The notes under the pieces are model-generated. The model made no database searches. It saw only the letters and a program-made list of their open reading frames with translations, and was not told where the DNA came from. Below, piece by piece: positions 9,827 through 18,456 of a DNA stretch of 48,611 bases; the first letter of the stretch is position 1; each line of letters starts with the position of its first letter. The stretch is taken from the NCBI GenBank assembly GCA_964526265.1, contig CAZGIL010000002.1, positions 1 through 48,611 of the forward strand. The letters run 5' to 3'. Position numbers and translations under genes: made by a program. Origin of the DNA: Candidatus Woesearchaeota archaeon (lineage in GTDB: Archaea > Nanobdellota > Nanobdellia > Pacearchaeales > GW2011-AR1).

Positions 9827-9899
9827 AGCCCCATAGTACAGTGGTCAAGTATACGGCCCTCTGAAGGCTGTGACCCAGGTTCGAATCCTGGTGGGGCTA
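9827..9899 (+). tRNA. tRNA-Gln (anticodon CUG)
   Basis: Hand-folded cloverleaf: acceptor AGCCCCA/TGGGGCT, D arm GTAC/GTAT, anticodon arm CGGCC-CTCTGAA-GGCTG, T arm CCAGG-TTCGAAT-CCTGG, discriminator A. No encoded CCA. Confidence 0.8.
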
Positions 9900-9907
9900 T
9901 TTCTTCT

Positions 9908-10330
9908 CTATTGAGGATTATCTCTTTTTTTTATATAGAATGCGTGTGAGGCTCCTCTTATTTCTACGTCATCTCCTATTTTTAAACCAGCTTCTTGCAT
10001 TAGTTCTCTAGGAAGGGATATTACTCTTCCGTCTGTGGCATTTTGAACATTTTCCATATGAATCTTTCTGTAAGTTAATCTTTCATTCATTCTGGCTGCT
10101 GCTGCATAATTTCCTGGACTTCCTTTTAGAGGAGGATTTGGATGATTGGCTCTAGCTGCCATTTCCAAATTACTAAACCCCCAAACTGTTGTTATTTCTC
10201 CGCTTTGAAACGTAATTAGGTAATAGATGTTCGCACTAAAATTTGGGCTTAATCGGACTCTTCTTTCATGTGCTTCTATTTTCATATAATTGTCCCATAA
10301 ACAAGCTTTAAAAATGTGATTAAATATCAA
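9908..10330 (-). CDS. SpoVT/AbrB-like domain protein (start uncertain)
   Basis: C-terminal GRVISLPRELMQEAGLKIGDDVEI resembles the AbrB/SpoVT swapped-hairpin motif. The N-terminal part has no recognisable motif. An alternative start at 10285 (MKIEAHE) is likely. Confidence 0.4.
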   Translation of the reverse strand: MIFNHIFKACLWDNYMKIEAHERRVRLSPNFSANIYYLITFQSGEITTVWGFSNLEMAARANHPNPPLKGSPGNYAAAARMNERLTYRKIHMENVQNATDGRVISLPRELMQEAGLKIGDDVEIRGASHAFYIKKRDNPQ

Positions 10331-10343
10331 TAGTAAACAGGAA

Positions 10344-10580
10344 GCCCCTGTCGTATAGAGGCCAAGTACGCCACCCTCTCAAATTAGAAATTGGCATTTG
10401 GATTCAAATGCCCAGAGGAGAGGTGATCTAACTCGATGAGAGCGATGGTCTAGCATCTCAATGCAGCCACTCTTTTGAGTTGTAGTGCGGGAATTCGTAC
10501 TATTTAGGGAAAACCAAAACGCGGAGTAAATCCGCATTTAGGGAACGGTGGTAACCCGAGTTCAAATCTCGGCGGGGGCA
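10344..10580 (+). tRNA. tRNA-Glu (anticodon CUC) interrupted by a ~164-nt intron (about 10382..10545)
   Basis: Acceptor GCCCCTG/CGGGGGC, D arm GTAT-AGAGGCCAA-GTAC, 5' anticodon stem CCACC + CTCTCA at 10371..10381. The matching 3' stem GGTGG appears only at 10547..10551. T arm CCGAG-TTCAAAT-CTCGG. The intron position is assumed to be the canonical 37/38. Confidence 0.7.
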
Positions 10581-10629
10581 TAATACCTTTATGGCAGATT
10601 TCGTGGGCATCAATTTGCCCTTAAATTTA
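10570..10629 (+). repeat. att-type direct repeat copy 1 (tRNA-Glu 3' end plus ~50 nt downstream)
   Basis: 54/60 identical to 37502..37561 by hand alignment. The first 12-13 nt (cggcgggggcata) also recur at 33149 and 38628. Confidence 0.8.
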
Positions 10630-10722
10630 ACTTAGATGGGGCTAGTTCTTTAGATTTATAAATACCTCTACAAATTGATATAGACATCAAGGTATAGAAG
10701 TTAATTTGTCGATACATTTGTT

Positions 10723-10881
10723 TTATTCTTCCTTATCTTCGTATTCAGCCAAAAGCTCTTTTCCTTCTTCAGAATCAAAGTCCACAAAATCTATGCTTGG
10801 CTTTTCCCTATCAACTTTTCTGAATTGCTTAAGCCTTTTATCTATAGTGTATCCCTTGAACTCCGGCAATTTGTTAACCAT
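10723..10881 (-). CDS. Small acidic protein (52 aa), translationally coupled to the upstream RHH gene
   Basis: Hand-translated MVNKLPEFKGYTIDKRLKQF...AEYEDKEE. GGAGGT RBS 5-10 nt upstream of the ATG. Below the ORF-track cutoff. Confidence 0.35.
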   Translation of the reverse strand: MVNKLPEFKGYTIDKRLKQFRKVDREKPSIDFVDFDSEEGKELLAEYEDKEE

Positions 10882-10883
10882 TT

Positions 10884-11078
10884 TTACCTCCCGTAAGATT
10901 TATTTAAGATTGTCTGAATCTTCTCAAGAATATTCTCAATTCTTATTAGAGGAGGATTTTCTATCAATTTCTGCCTACAGAATTCACAAAGAGAAAGATT
11001 ATACTCTTTTGCTTCTTTTTCTAATCTTTCTTTAAGTTCTGTTTCCAGCCATAGATGTATTTGTGCATTCTTTTTCAT
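10884..11078 (-). CDS. Ribbon-helix-helix (CopG/MobC-like) DNA-binding protein
   Basis: 64 aa. IHLWLETELKERLEKEAKEYNLSLCEFCRQKL fits a beta-strand/helix/helix RHH pattern. Confidence 0.5.
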   Translation of the reverse strand: MKKNAQIHLWLETELKERLEKEAKEYNLSLCEFCRQKLIENPPLIRIENILEKIQTILNKSYGR

Positions 11079-11161
11079 TTTGTTTTGTTATGAGCATATC
11101 CAACTTTGCATTAATATTATTAATTATTATAATTATTCTTTCAAAAGTATCAGATTCTAAT

Positions 11162-12307
11162 TTAGTTTCCAATTTGAGAAATCCTCCTGTTGGCAATTTC
11201 AATATATTTTTTATTTAATTCAAAACCTAAGAAATTCATGCCTAATTTTTTAGCAACAATAGCAGTAGTGCCAGAACCCATGAAAGGATCAAGAACTAAT
11301 CCTGGCTCAAATCCTGCATTACAATTGCAGCTTAGAACAACTCTTTCTTTTACTTTTGAGCTATAGCCCCTTTCATTGTAATTTTTTATTTCTTTATCAG
11401 AAGCCTTTCTATCTATGCTTTTTAATCTGCCTTCTTTAACATCCCTGACTCTTAGATTAAATGAATAAGGGCTGTTTCTTTTTTCTATGATTAATCTAGG
11501 AACACCACATCTCTTACAAATTTTATCAGGACATCCAGCCTTAATACAGAATTCTGGCAATGTAGCTGGAAACATGGCATAATGCTCTTCTTTACTTGGT
11601 TCAAGAGGGAACATTATACAATTACCAGGATTTTTCCCCTTGGAGTTTGGAATATATAGTCTCTTTTCACCATAATTTCCCTTACCATCTCTTTGACGAA
11701 ATAGCTTATTTCTAGGCAATTCTTTGTAAGGTATTCTTATGTTATCCAAATTAAAATAATATTTTTTATTTTTTACGAATAGAAATAAAGATTCTGAATT
11801 TGTATTTAATCTATCTGAAACAGCAGAAGGCATTACAGCACCTAGAGAAAATTTAGTTTTAAAATTACATATCTGCTTAACCCATGTTATATCATTTCTT
11901 AAAATTAATCCCAAATCATCCTGACATTGCATAGCGATTCTAAAAGGAATTAATAGTCTTTGTTTCTCTTGAAGCCAGTTAGATTTTAAGTTTCCTTCAA
12001 TTTTTTGGTATTTCTTAATTAACTTGCCTTTAGTTCCACAAGTAATGTTTGTATAATAAGAATCTCCCAGATTAAGCCAAATAGTTCCTGTTGGCTTTAA
12101 TACTCGCTTGCATTCTCTCATAATATCAACTATTTTTCTTATATAACAAGCAGGATCTAACTCCAAGCCTATCTGACCTTCAATTCCATAATCCCTTAAT
12201 GCCCAGTAAGGCGGAGAAGTTACAATACAATCAACACTATTCTCTTTTAGTTCTCTTAATCCAGAAAGAATATCAACATGATAAATTTTGTTTTCTTGGA
12301 TTTGCAT
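11162..12307 (-). CDS. Beta-class DNA methyltransferase (N4-cytosine or N6-adenine), orphan
   Basis: Motif IV DCIVTSPPYW is N-terminal and motif I VLDPFMGSGTTA is C-terminal (beta permutation). There is a Cys-rich insertion (CPDKICKRCG ... CNCN). No adjacent restriction endonuclease was recognised. Confidence 0.85.
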   Translation of the reverse strand: MQIQENKIYHVDILSGLRELKENSVDCIVTSPPYWALRDYGIEGQIGLELDPACYIRKIVDIMRECKRVLKPTGTIWLNLGDSYYTNITCGTKGKLIKKYQKIEGNLKSNWLQEKQRLLIPFRIAMQCQDDLGLILRNDITWVKQICNFKTKFSLGAVMPSAVSDRLNTNSESLFLFVKNKKYYFNLDNIRIPYKELPRNKLFRQRDGKGNYGEKRLYIPNSKGKNPGNCIMFPLEPSKEEHYAMFPATLPEFCIKAGCPDKICKRCGVPRLIIEKRNSPYSFNLRVRDVKEGRLKSIDRKASDKEIKNYNERGYSSKVKERVVLSCNCNAGFEPGLVLDPFMGSGTTAIVAKKLGMNFLGFELNKKYIEIANRRISQIGN

Positions 12308-12431
12308 AAAATCTCTATCTGATTATTTCTTAAATATCCCCTCGTGAAATTTTTCATAGAAATTTACATAGAAACTTTTCTATGAATTTTTTCACGTAGT
12401 TCTATTTAAAAAACAGAGCAATGAAAAATTT

Positions 12432-12602
12432 ATGAAAAACGAAATTGACATTTGTATTTTTTGTAAAAAAGAGCTTGAGGAATTTGAGGAAGATGTTTGT
12501 GATTCCTGTAAGCAATTCATGAGGATAAAATATCCTACAACTAAATGTCTGGAGGAACAAATAAGATGCCACAAAAGAAACGCAAAAAAGCGAAAGCAAT
12601 AG
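12432..12602 (+). CDS. Small zinc-ribbon-like protein (56 aa, CxxC...CxxC)
   Basis: Hand-translated MKNEIDICIFCKKELEEFEEDVCDSCKQF... Overlaps the start of the pilin-like gene. Below the ORF-track cutoff. Confidence 0.3.
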   Translation: MKNEIDICIFCKKELEEFEEDVCDSCKQFMRIKYPTTKCLEEQIRCHKRNAKKRKQ

Positions 12603-12901
12603 TGTTGCCAATTGTATTGTGTTTGGCTATGTTTGCACTGCAACTTGTTTTAGTAAGTGCAGCAGCAAATCCAACATACGACCAAATTTTGCAGCCAATA
12701 CAAGCTGTTTACGACTTAGTGAAGTATGCTGTGACAATTATAGCAGGATTAGTCTTGCTATTTGCAGGCATTACATACGTTATGTCTGGCTCTGACCCTG
12801 GAAAGAGAGAGCAAGCCAAGAATATGATAATGTATGTGATAATTGGCTTAGCAGTAATTTGGGCAGCACCGCTTATCGTAAAACTGGTAATGGGGAGCTA
12901 G
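12566..12901 (+). CDS. VirB2/TrbC/CedA1-like pilin candidate
   Basis: Lys-rich N-terminus, signal-like hydrophobic segment ending in AAA, then two hydrophobic helices separated by a short charged loop (SGSDPGKREQAKN). GGAGG lies 8 nt upstream of the ATG at 12566 (the ORF track starts at 12545). First gene of the VirB4 cluster. Confidence 0.5.
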   Translation: MPQKKRKKAKAIVLPIVLCLAMFALQLVLVSAAANPTYDQILQPIQAVYDLVKYAVTIIAGLVLLFAGITYVMSGSDPGKREQAKNMIMYVIIGLAVIWAAPLIVKLVMGS

Positions 12902-12903
12902 AA

Positions 12904-14271
12904 ATGAAAAGCCAAATTGTTTTGTTTATAGCTTTAGCCCTGCTCCTACCCTCAGCTATTGCATTTAATTGCAATAGTTTGAGTGGTGGAGATTTAGAAG
13001 TCTGCAGTTCTATTCAAAATACTAATCTTAGTCAGACAGACAAGGATTTGTTAATTTCAGATATTTTTAATCCAAATAAAACAACTCCTGATTTTGATTT
13101 TGTTTATCAGTGGAATACTAATTTGAATATTGCAAACAGCCCAGATGGGAGAATTTATTCTTCAGGAACTATAAATAGTGCATGGATTAAAATTATTAGC
13201 TTAATGCCTTCAATAATTGAAAATAATACCCTTTATTCTTCAAATTCAGGAAAATTGTTGACTGCTTATAGTTATAATTATCAACTTCCATCTGGAACTA
13301 TCTCGGGAGATTGTAGAACTTATTATTCTTTATCAAGCAAAACCGAGCAATTGAATGTTTATGTGAATAACAATCTTATAGGGCATAACAAATTAACTGC
13401 GTTTAATAATTTAAATCAGGAAAATCTTAATCTTAAGTCTGAATTAGTAATTAATTTACAGTATAAGGTAGATCATTACATAAACAGAAGACATTGCAGC
13501 GAATATGATCGTGACGGAAACTGCATAAGGCATTATTACAGATGCGAATTCTCTTATACAGAGTATAGAACAGACAGCTTAACAATTAATGATCAATTAA
13601 ATGCAAAACTCTATCAAAATCAGCAAAAAAGTTTATTTAAGATAACTAATAAATATTATGGCGTAACTCAGGGAATTTTGCAAGCTGACAATTACACAAA
13701 TCTGATTTTAAGTTTTAACAATTCAGAATATAAGTATAGTAAGTATATTTACTCATTAGATTACTCCTTACCCTACTATGTTTTAACAATAAAAGCAGAG
13801 CCAGTAGAAATTATCAATTTTAATAACATTCATGTTGACAAGCAAAATTCCAGCTTTTACTTTACTGTTGCAGATAATTCAAAGTGCAAGATACAACTAA
13901 ATGACTTTTTTAGTTCAAAACTATTCCCTTGCGATTTAAGTTTTAATGAGATTAATTTTTCCATAAGAACAGACAAGACTAATTATTTTGATAATGATAC
14001 CATTAAAGTTTATATCTCTCCAGATAACCTTCTTGTAAGCTTAACTTATGCAAATAAAACTATAACTGCGAAGAATTATACAGAGTTTAAATCAATTCTT
14101 TATGAAAATAAAATCTCTGCAAAAGTAGGAGATAAAGAACAAGTAACTTTAATTAATATAAACAAAAGAGAAGATTTTGATACTCTCTATCAATTAGTCA
14201 GCTTATTTTTTGTAGGATATATCTGCTATAAGGCATCTAAGCAATATATTTCTAAATGGAGAGTAGCATGA
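12904..14271 (+). CDS. Secreted Asn/Tyr/Ser-rich protein with C-terminal TM anchor, unknown function
   Basis: Signal peptide MKSQIVLFIALALLLPSAIA, many NxS/T sequons, C-terminal hydrophobic anchor LVSLFFVGYICY. ATGA stop/start overlap with the next gene. Confidence 0.5.
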   Translation: MKSQIVLFIALALLLPSAIAFNCNSLSGGDLEVCSSIQNTNLSQTDKDLLISDIFNPNKTTPDFDFVYQWNTNLNIANSPDGRIYSSGTINSAWIKIISLMPSIIENNTLYSSNSGKLLTAYSYNYQLPSGTISGDCRTYYSLSSKTEQLNVYVNNNLIGHNKLTAFNNLNQENLNLKSELVINLQYKVDHYINRRHCSEYDRDGNCIRHYYRCEFSYTEYRTDSLTINDQLNAKLYQNQQKSLFKITNKYYGVTQGILQADNYTNLILSFNNSEYKYSKYIYSLDYSLPYYVLTIKAEPVEIINFNNIHVDKQNSSFYFTVADNSKCKIQLNDFFSSKLFPCDLSFNEINFSIRTDKTNYFDNDTIKVYISPDNLLVSLTYANKTITAKNYTEFKSILYENKISAKVGDKEQVTLININKREDFDTLYQLVSLFFVGYICYKASKQYISKWRVA

Positions 14272-15152
14272 AAAAGTATTTTTCTTTCTTGTTTTTATTA
14301 TTAATAATTCCTTTGGTTAGTGCAGATTGTGGAATAACTAACTTAGCTGGATGTATTGCAGAATCATTTTTTAATTTTCTGTTAAGCATCTTAAATGCCC
14401 CTCTTCAGCCATTACTAGACGCAGTTCGTTATTTATTAACTCAACCAGTAAACATAGACCTTTTTTCTAGTATCTGGGGAATTATTGTTTACATTCTTTC
14501 TCTATTTTATGGAATTCTCTTGATGTATGTGGGTTTTAAATTTATAATTTCGGGGCATTCAGTAGAAATGAGAGAAAAAGCAAAATCAGATTTGGCGAAT
14601 ATATTAATTATGATAGTTTTAGTCCAGGCTAGTTTTTATCTTTATTCATTAATTATTCAGATTGTTGCTTCTGTTTCAACAGTTACCTTAAACATGGTTG
14701 AGCCAAACTTTTTTCTTTTAACTGCTGATAATATCACAAATATAGGTTTAGAACTAATCTTGATTATTCCTTATCTTGTAAGCATTTTAGTTACTTTAAT
14801 TTTACTAACATTAAGGTATGTTGTTGTAAGTTCAGGAGTTATTTTGTTTGCAATCGGGATATTTATGTATTTTATTGGTCCTTTAAAGCATTATGGAAAA
14901 TTAATTATCAATTTTCTTATAGTAACAATATCAATAACATTCTTTTACTCAATAATTTTCCTAGCAAGCTCAATGTTATTAGATGTAGGAATTTTTGCAA
15001 ATTTTAAGATTCTTATAATGATAGGAGCATTTACACTAATAGATGTCTTGACAATTGTTATCACTTTATTTGTTATAATTAAATCTGCCCTGAAAGTTGC
15101 TGAGCCAGTTATGAAAGTTGTTTCAGTAGTTGGGGCAATCGCAGGAGCTTAA
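14268..15152 (+). CDS. Polytopic membrane protein, VirB6/TrbL/CedA-like by position and topology
   Basis: Signal peptide plus at least 6 hydrophobic helices. Lies immediately upstream of the VirB4-like ATPase. No sequence motif is diagnostic. Confidence 0.45.
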   Translation: MKKYFSFLFLLLIIPLVSADCGITNLAGCIAESFFNFLLSILNAPLQPLLDAVRYLLTQPVNIDLFSSIWGIIVYILSLFYGILLMYVGFKFIISGHSVEMREKAKSDLANILIMIVLVQASFYLYSLIIQIVASVSTVTLNMVEPNFFLLTADNITNIGLELILIIPYLVSILVTLILLTLRYVVVSSGVILFAIGIFMYFIGPLKHYGKLIINFLIVTISITFFYSIIFLASSMLLDVGIFANFKILIMIGAFTLIDVLTIVITLFVIIKSALKVAEPVMKVVSVVGAIAGA

Positions 15153-15153
15153 A

Positions 15154-18100
15154 ATGTATGAAATTCCACAACAATTAGAATATAAAGAAAAAATAGTATT
15201 TGGCTTAACATTTGGGCAATTAATGTACGCAATGATATTTCTGCCAATAGCAGTAATTTTCTTCAGATTAAATGTTTCTATGCCAATTAAAGTATTTTTA
15301 ATATTTATTCCAGTATCTTTGGCAGCAGGTTTTATGTTTTTTAATCTTCTTGATGTAATTAAAAACTGGAAAGCCTGGTTTAAGTACAGACTCTTAAACA
15401 CAAAAGAAAAAATTCAGATGTTCTTTAAAGTGAATAAGGAGAATATTAAAGATAATTTTATAATTATAAAAGATAAAAAACTGGCAGTTCTAAGAGTTGA
15501 GCCTTTAAACTTCGATATCAAGACAAATGAGGAAAAAGAAGCGATACTCTTCTCTTTCCAGAGATTTCTTAATTCTCTTGATTTCCCTATCCAGATTTTA
15601 ATGACTACTGAAACATTAAACTTAGATAGTTATCTTGATAGTTTGAAAGGCAGAATCAGTAATCTTAAAGATAAAAGGGCAGACGAGATTTTTGATAGCT
15701 ATCAAAATCATATGAAAAATGTTGTCAAGGAAAATAGTGCATTAAACAGAAACTTCTATCTTGTTATAAAAGAAACCTCTGACATAAACATTCAGATTAA
15801 AGTTTGTGAAGAAAGATTATGGGGGCTTAATCTAAGGACGCATAGATTAGATAATACTGAAATTACTAAACTTTTACTTAAAACTCTCTATTCCAAACAC
15901 ACTAAAGACAATATTCTACCCGATGTAATTAAGAACGATATTAATTATGTAAAACTTGTCAAGCAAGTCGAATCCAAAGAAGATTATAAGAAAAGAATAG
16001 AAGAGGAAACAAAGAAGAAAAAGAAAGATAAAAAATATAAGTTTGATAAAAGTCCTTTAGATTTAGATTATAAATTCCAGAGAATAATTTATGCTTATGG
16101 ATATCCAAGGGCTGTAGAAGCTGGTTTTCTTGATAAGATTATTAGTTCTTCAGGAAATTTTGATTTATCGATTCATATAGAACCTTGCCTTATTGAAACT
16201 TCTTTAATTAATTTAAATAAAGAATTACAAAAACAAAGAGCTGACTTATACGCAGCCAAGATAAAAGGGCAGTTAAATCCTAGCCTAGAAATAAAGTATA
16301 AAGATACAAGAAGTGTACTAGAAAGATTACAAAAAGGAGACGAAAGACTGTTCAATGTTTCATTATATATTAATTGCCAGGCAGATAGTTTAGCAGAACT
16401 TAATTTATTAACAAAAAAGATAGAATCTGAATTAAATTCCTTATTGATTATTCCTAAACAACCGACATTCAGAATGTTACAGGGGCTTAAATCCTGCCTG
16501 CCTTTAGTTGAAAATACACTTGGAATTAGAAGAAATGTTACAACTCCTGCTTTGTCTGCTTTCTTTCCTTTTACATCTTCATTCTTTAAATCAGATGATA
16601 CTGGAATATGGTTTGGTTTGAATAAGAATAATATTCCTATTGTAAGGGATATTTACAAGCTTTCAAATGCAAATGGAATGTGTCTGGCTACTTCTGGAGC
16701 TGGAAAAAGTTATATGGCTAAATTGTTTATCTCAAGATATCTTTTAAATGGAACAAGGGTTATTGTAATTGACCCACAAGCAGAATATAGAAATCTAGTA
16801 GAAAAGTTTAACGGGCAGAGAATTGACTTGTCCAGGACCTCTGGAACAATAATTAACCCTTTGGATTTAATGGGTCATGAGTATCCTGAGAAAAGGTTAG
16901 CTTTAATGGATTTAATGCCTATTATGCTTGGGGAGCTATCGGAACCTCAGAAATCGTTTATTGATAAGGCTATAACTATGGCTTATGAAACTAAGGGAAT
17001 TTATATGTTTAAGAAAAATGGGCAGTATGATGTTGAAAGCTGGGACGAAGAGCCACCAATTCTGAAAGATGTTCTTGATGCTCTAAATAAAATGGAAAAA
17101 AGAGTAACAACAATGGAGAAAATAACAATAAGAAGCCTGATTAACCGGCTTGATTTATATGTAACAGGAGTATTCTCTTTTCTTAACAGACATACTAATA
17201 TTGATTTTAATAATAGATTTGTTTGTTTTGATATAGGAAATATGCCTAAGCAAGTTAAACCCGCTATAATGTTCCTTGTTCTTGACTATGTTTATATGAA
17301 AATGAAAAGCAGTCTTGAAAGAAAGCTGTTAGTGATAGACGAAGCATGGAGTTTATTATCAAGAACAGAAGAAGCATCTTATATATTTGAAATAGTTAAA
17401 ACTTGCAGAAAATTTAATTTAGGATTATTCTTAATAAACCAAGAAGTAGAAGATATGCTTAATTCCAAGGCAGGGAGAAGTGTTTTAGCTAACTCGTCCT
17501 ATACCTTATTGTTAAGACAGAAGCCAGCTGTTATAAAAGACGTTCAGGCAACATTCCATTTAAGTGATTCTGAGAAGAATTTTTTATTAACTGCTTCAGT
17601 AGGAGAAGGCATTTTGCTTATGGAAAACGACCACTCTAAAATAAGAATTGTAGCTTCAGAAGAAGAACACAAACAAATAACAACTAATGCAGATGAAAGA
17701 CTTAAGAATAATGAAGAAATACCAAAAGAACTTGTTAAAATAAAACCAGTAATTAAAAAATCAAAGAATAAGCCAATAAAAATAACTGTTGATGAAAACT
17801 TGGGATTTTTTAAAGTAAAAGATATACCCACAAAACAGGATTACAATCATTTAGTTCTAAAAGGTTACAAAGAATATTCATTTAAAGGCATCACATCAAA
17901 TAAAAAAGAAAAATATCTTTTAAGACCACGAAATAAAGAAAGCCCTCAGCACTTTTTCCTGATTTTTGATATTGCAAACTATCTTAAAAAATTCACAGAT
18001 AAAATCTCTTTATTTCAATCTGTCAAGCCAGATATTGTTTTCGAGATAAATAATAAAAAATATGCTATTGAAATAGAAACAGGCAAAATGTTTACGCATA

Positions 18101-18267
18101 ATAAGAAAGGTTTGCTGGCAAAAGTCAAATTATTAAACAAGGACTACGGCAAAAACTGGCTTTTTGCTTTAACAAATAAAAAATTCACATCAAAATATAA
18201 TAAATTGGGTCAAACTTGCGATAATAGAACAATAATTAATAAGATTAATAGAATTGTTAGAAATTAA
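15154..18267 (+). CDS. VirB4/TraC/CedB-like conjugation ATPase with N-terminal 2-TM (VirB3/PrgI-like) segment and C-terminal PD-(D/E)xK-like extension
   Basis: N-terminal IVFGLTFGQLMY plus two TM helices. Walker A ATSGAGKSY and Walker B LLVIDEAWSLL. Size is ~1037 aa. The C-terminal ~190 aa beyond the ATPase core contains KPDIVFE...YAIEIETGK. Confidence 0.8.
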   Translation: MYEIPQQLEYKEKIVFGLTFGQLMYAMIFLPIAVIFFRLNVSMPIKVFLIFIPVSLAAGFMFFNLLDVIKNWKAWFKYRLLNTKEKIQMFFKVNKENIKDNFIIIKDKKLAVLRVEPLNFDIKTNEEKEAILFSFQRFLNSLDFPIQILMTTETLNLDSYLDSLKGRISNLKDKRADEIFDSYQNHMKNVVKENSALNRNFYLVIKETSDINIQIKVCEERLWGLNLRTHRLDNTEITKLLLKTLYSKHTKDNILPDVIKNDINYVKLVKQVESKEDYKKRIEEETKKKKKDKKYKFDKSPLDLDYKFQRIIYAYGYPRAVEAGFLDKIISSSGNFDLSIHIEPCLIETSLINLNKELQKQRADLYAAKIKGQLNPSLEIKYKDTRSVLERLQKGDERLFNVSLYINCQADSLAELNLLTKKIESELNSLLIIPKQPTFRMLQGLKSCLPLVENTLGIRRNVTTPALSAFFPFTSSFFKSDDTGIWFGLNKNNIPIVRDIYKLSNANGMCLATSGAGKSYMAKLFISRYLLNGTRVIVIDPQAEYRNLVEKFNGQRIDLSRTSGTIINPLDLMGHEYPEKRLALMDLMPIMLGELSEPQKSFIDKAITMAYETKGIYMFKKNGQYDVESWDEEPPILKDVLDALNKMEKRVTTMEKITIRSLINRLDLYVTGVFSFLNRHTNIDFNNRFVCFDIGNMPKQVKPAIMFLVLDYVYMKMKSSLERKLLVIDEAWSLLSRTEEASYIFEIVKTCRKFNLGLFLINQEVEDMLNSKAGRSVLANSSYTLLLRQKPAVIKDVQATFHLSDSEKNFLLTASVGEGILLMENDHSKIRIVASEEEHKQITTNADERLKNNEEIPKELVKIKPVIKKSKNKPIKITVDENLGFFKVKDIPTKQDYNHLVLKGYKEYSFKGITSNKKEKYLLRPRNKESPQHFFLIFDIANYLKKFTDKISLFQSVKPDIVFEINNKKYAIEIETGKMFTHNKKGLLAKVKLLNKDYGKNWLFALTNKKFTSKYNKLGQTCDNRTIINKINRIVRN

Positions 18268-18268
18268 A

Positions 18269-18299
18269 AGGTGGCATCTGGTGTGCCACCTGGATTTTT
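18269..18299 (+). terminator. Stem-loop plus T-run after the VirB4-like gene
   Basis: aggtggca-tctggtg-tgccacct is a perfect 8-bp stem (18269..18291), followed by ggattttta. Confidence 0.35.
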
Positions 18300-18456
18300 A
18301 GCTATTTCTAGGTGTATATAAGCATTTCACCGACGACAAAATTAAATCAAACTAGAAATCTGCCACCAAATGAATAAGTAATTCGCAGATATACTTATCC
18401 TATTTTTATTAAATAAACCAAAGTTTTTTATAGTTCCTATTTCTTCAAAAAGTATT

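Noticed and set aside
10382-10545. C/D-box sRNA inside the tRNA-Glu intron
   Set aside because: I found only a partial GATGAG. There is no convincing RUGAUGA/CUGA box pair with a terminal stem.
10706-11035. 109-aa + strand ORF
   Set aside because: It lies antisense to the RHH gene and its coupled 52-aa partner, which have RBS motifs and recognisable folds. Its Ser/Leu-rich composition is typical of a shadow ORF.
12392-12643. Two overlapping minus-strand ORFs (83 and 69 aa)
   Set aside because: They lie antisense to the Zn-ribbon micro-ORF and the pilin-like gene start. Their composition is odd and no RBS is present. They are likely chance ORFs in AT-rich DNA.
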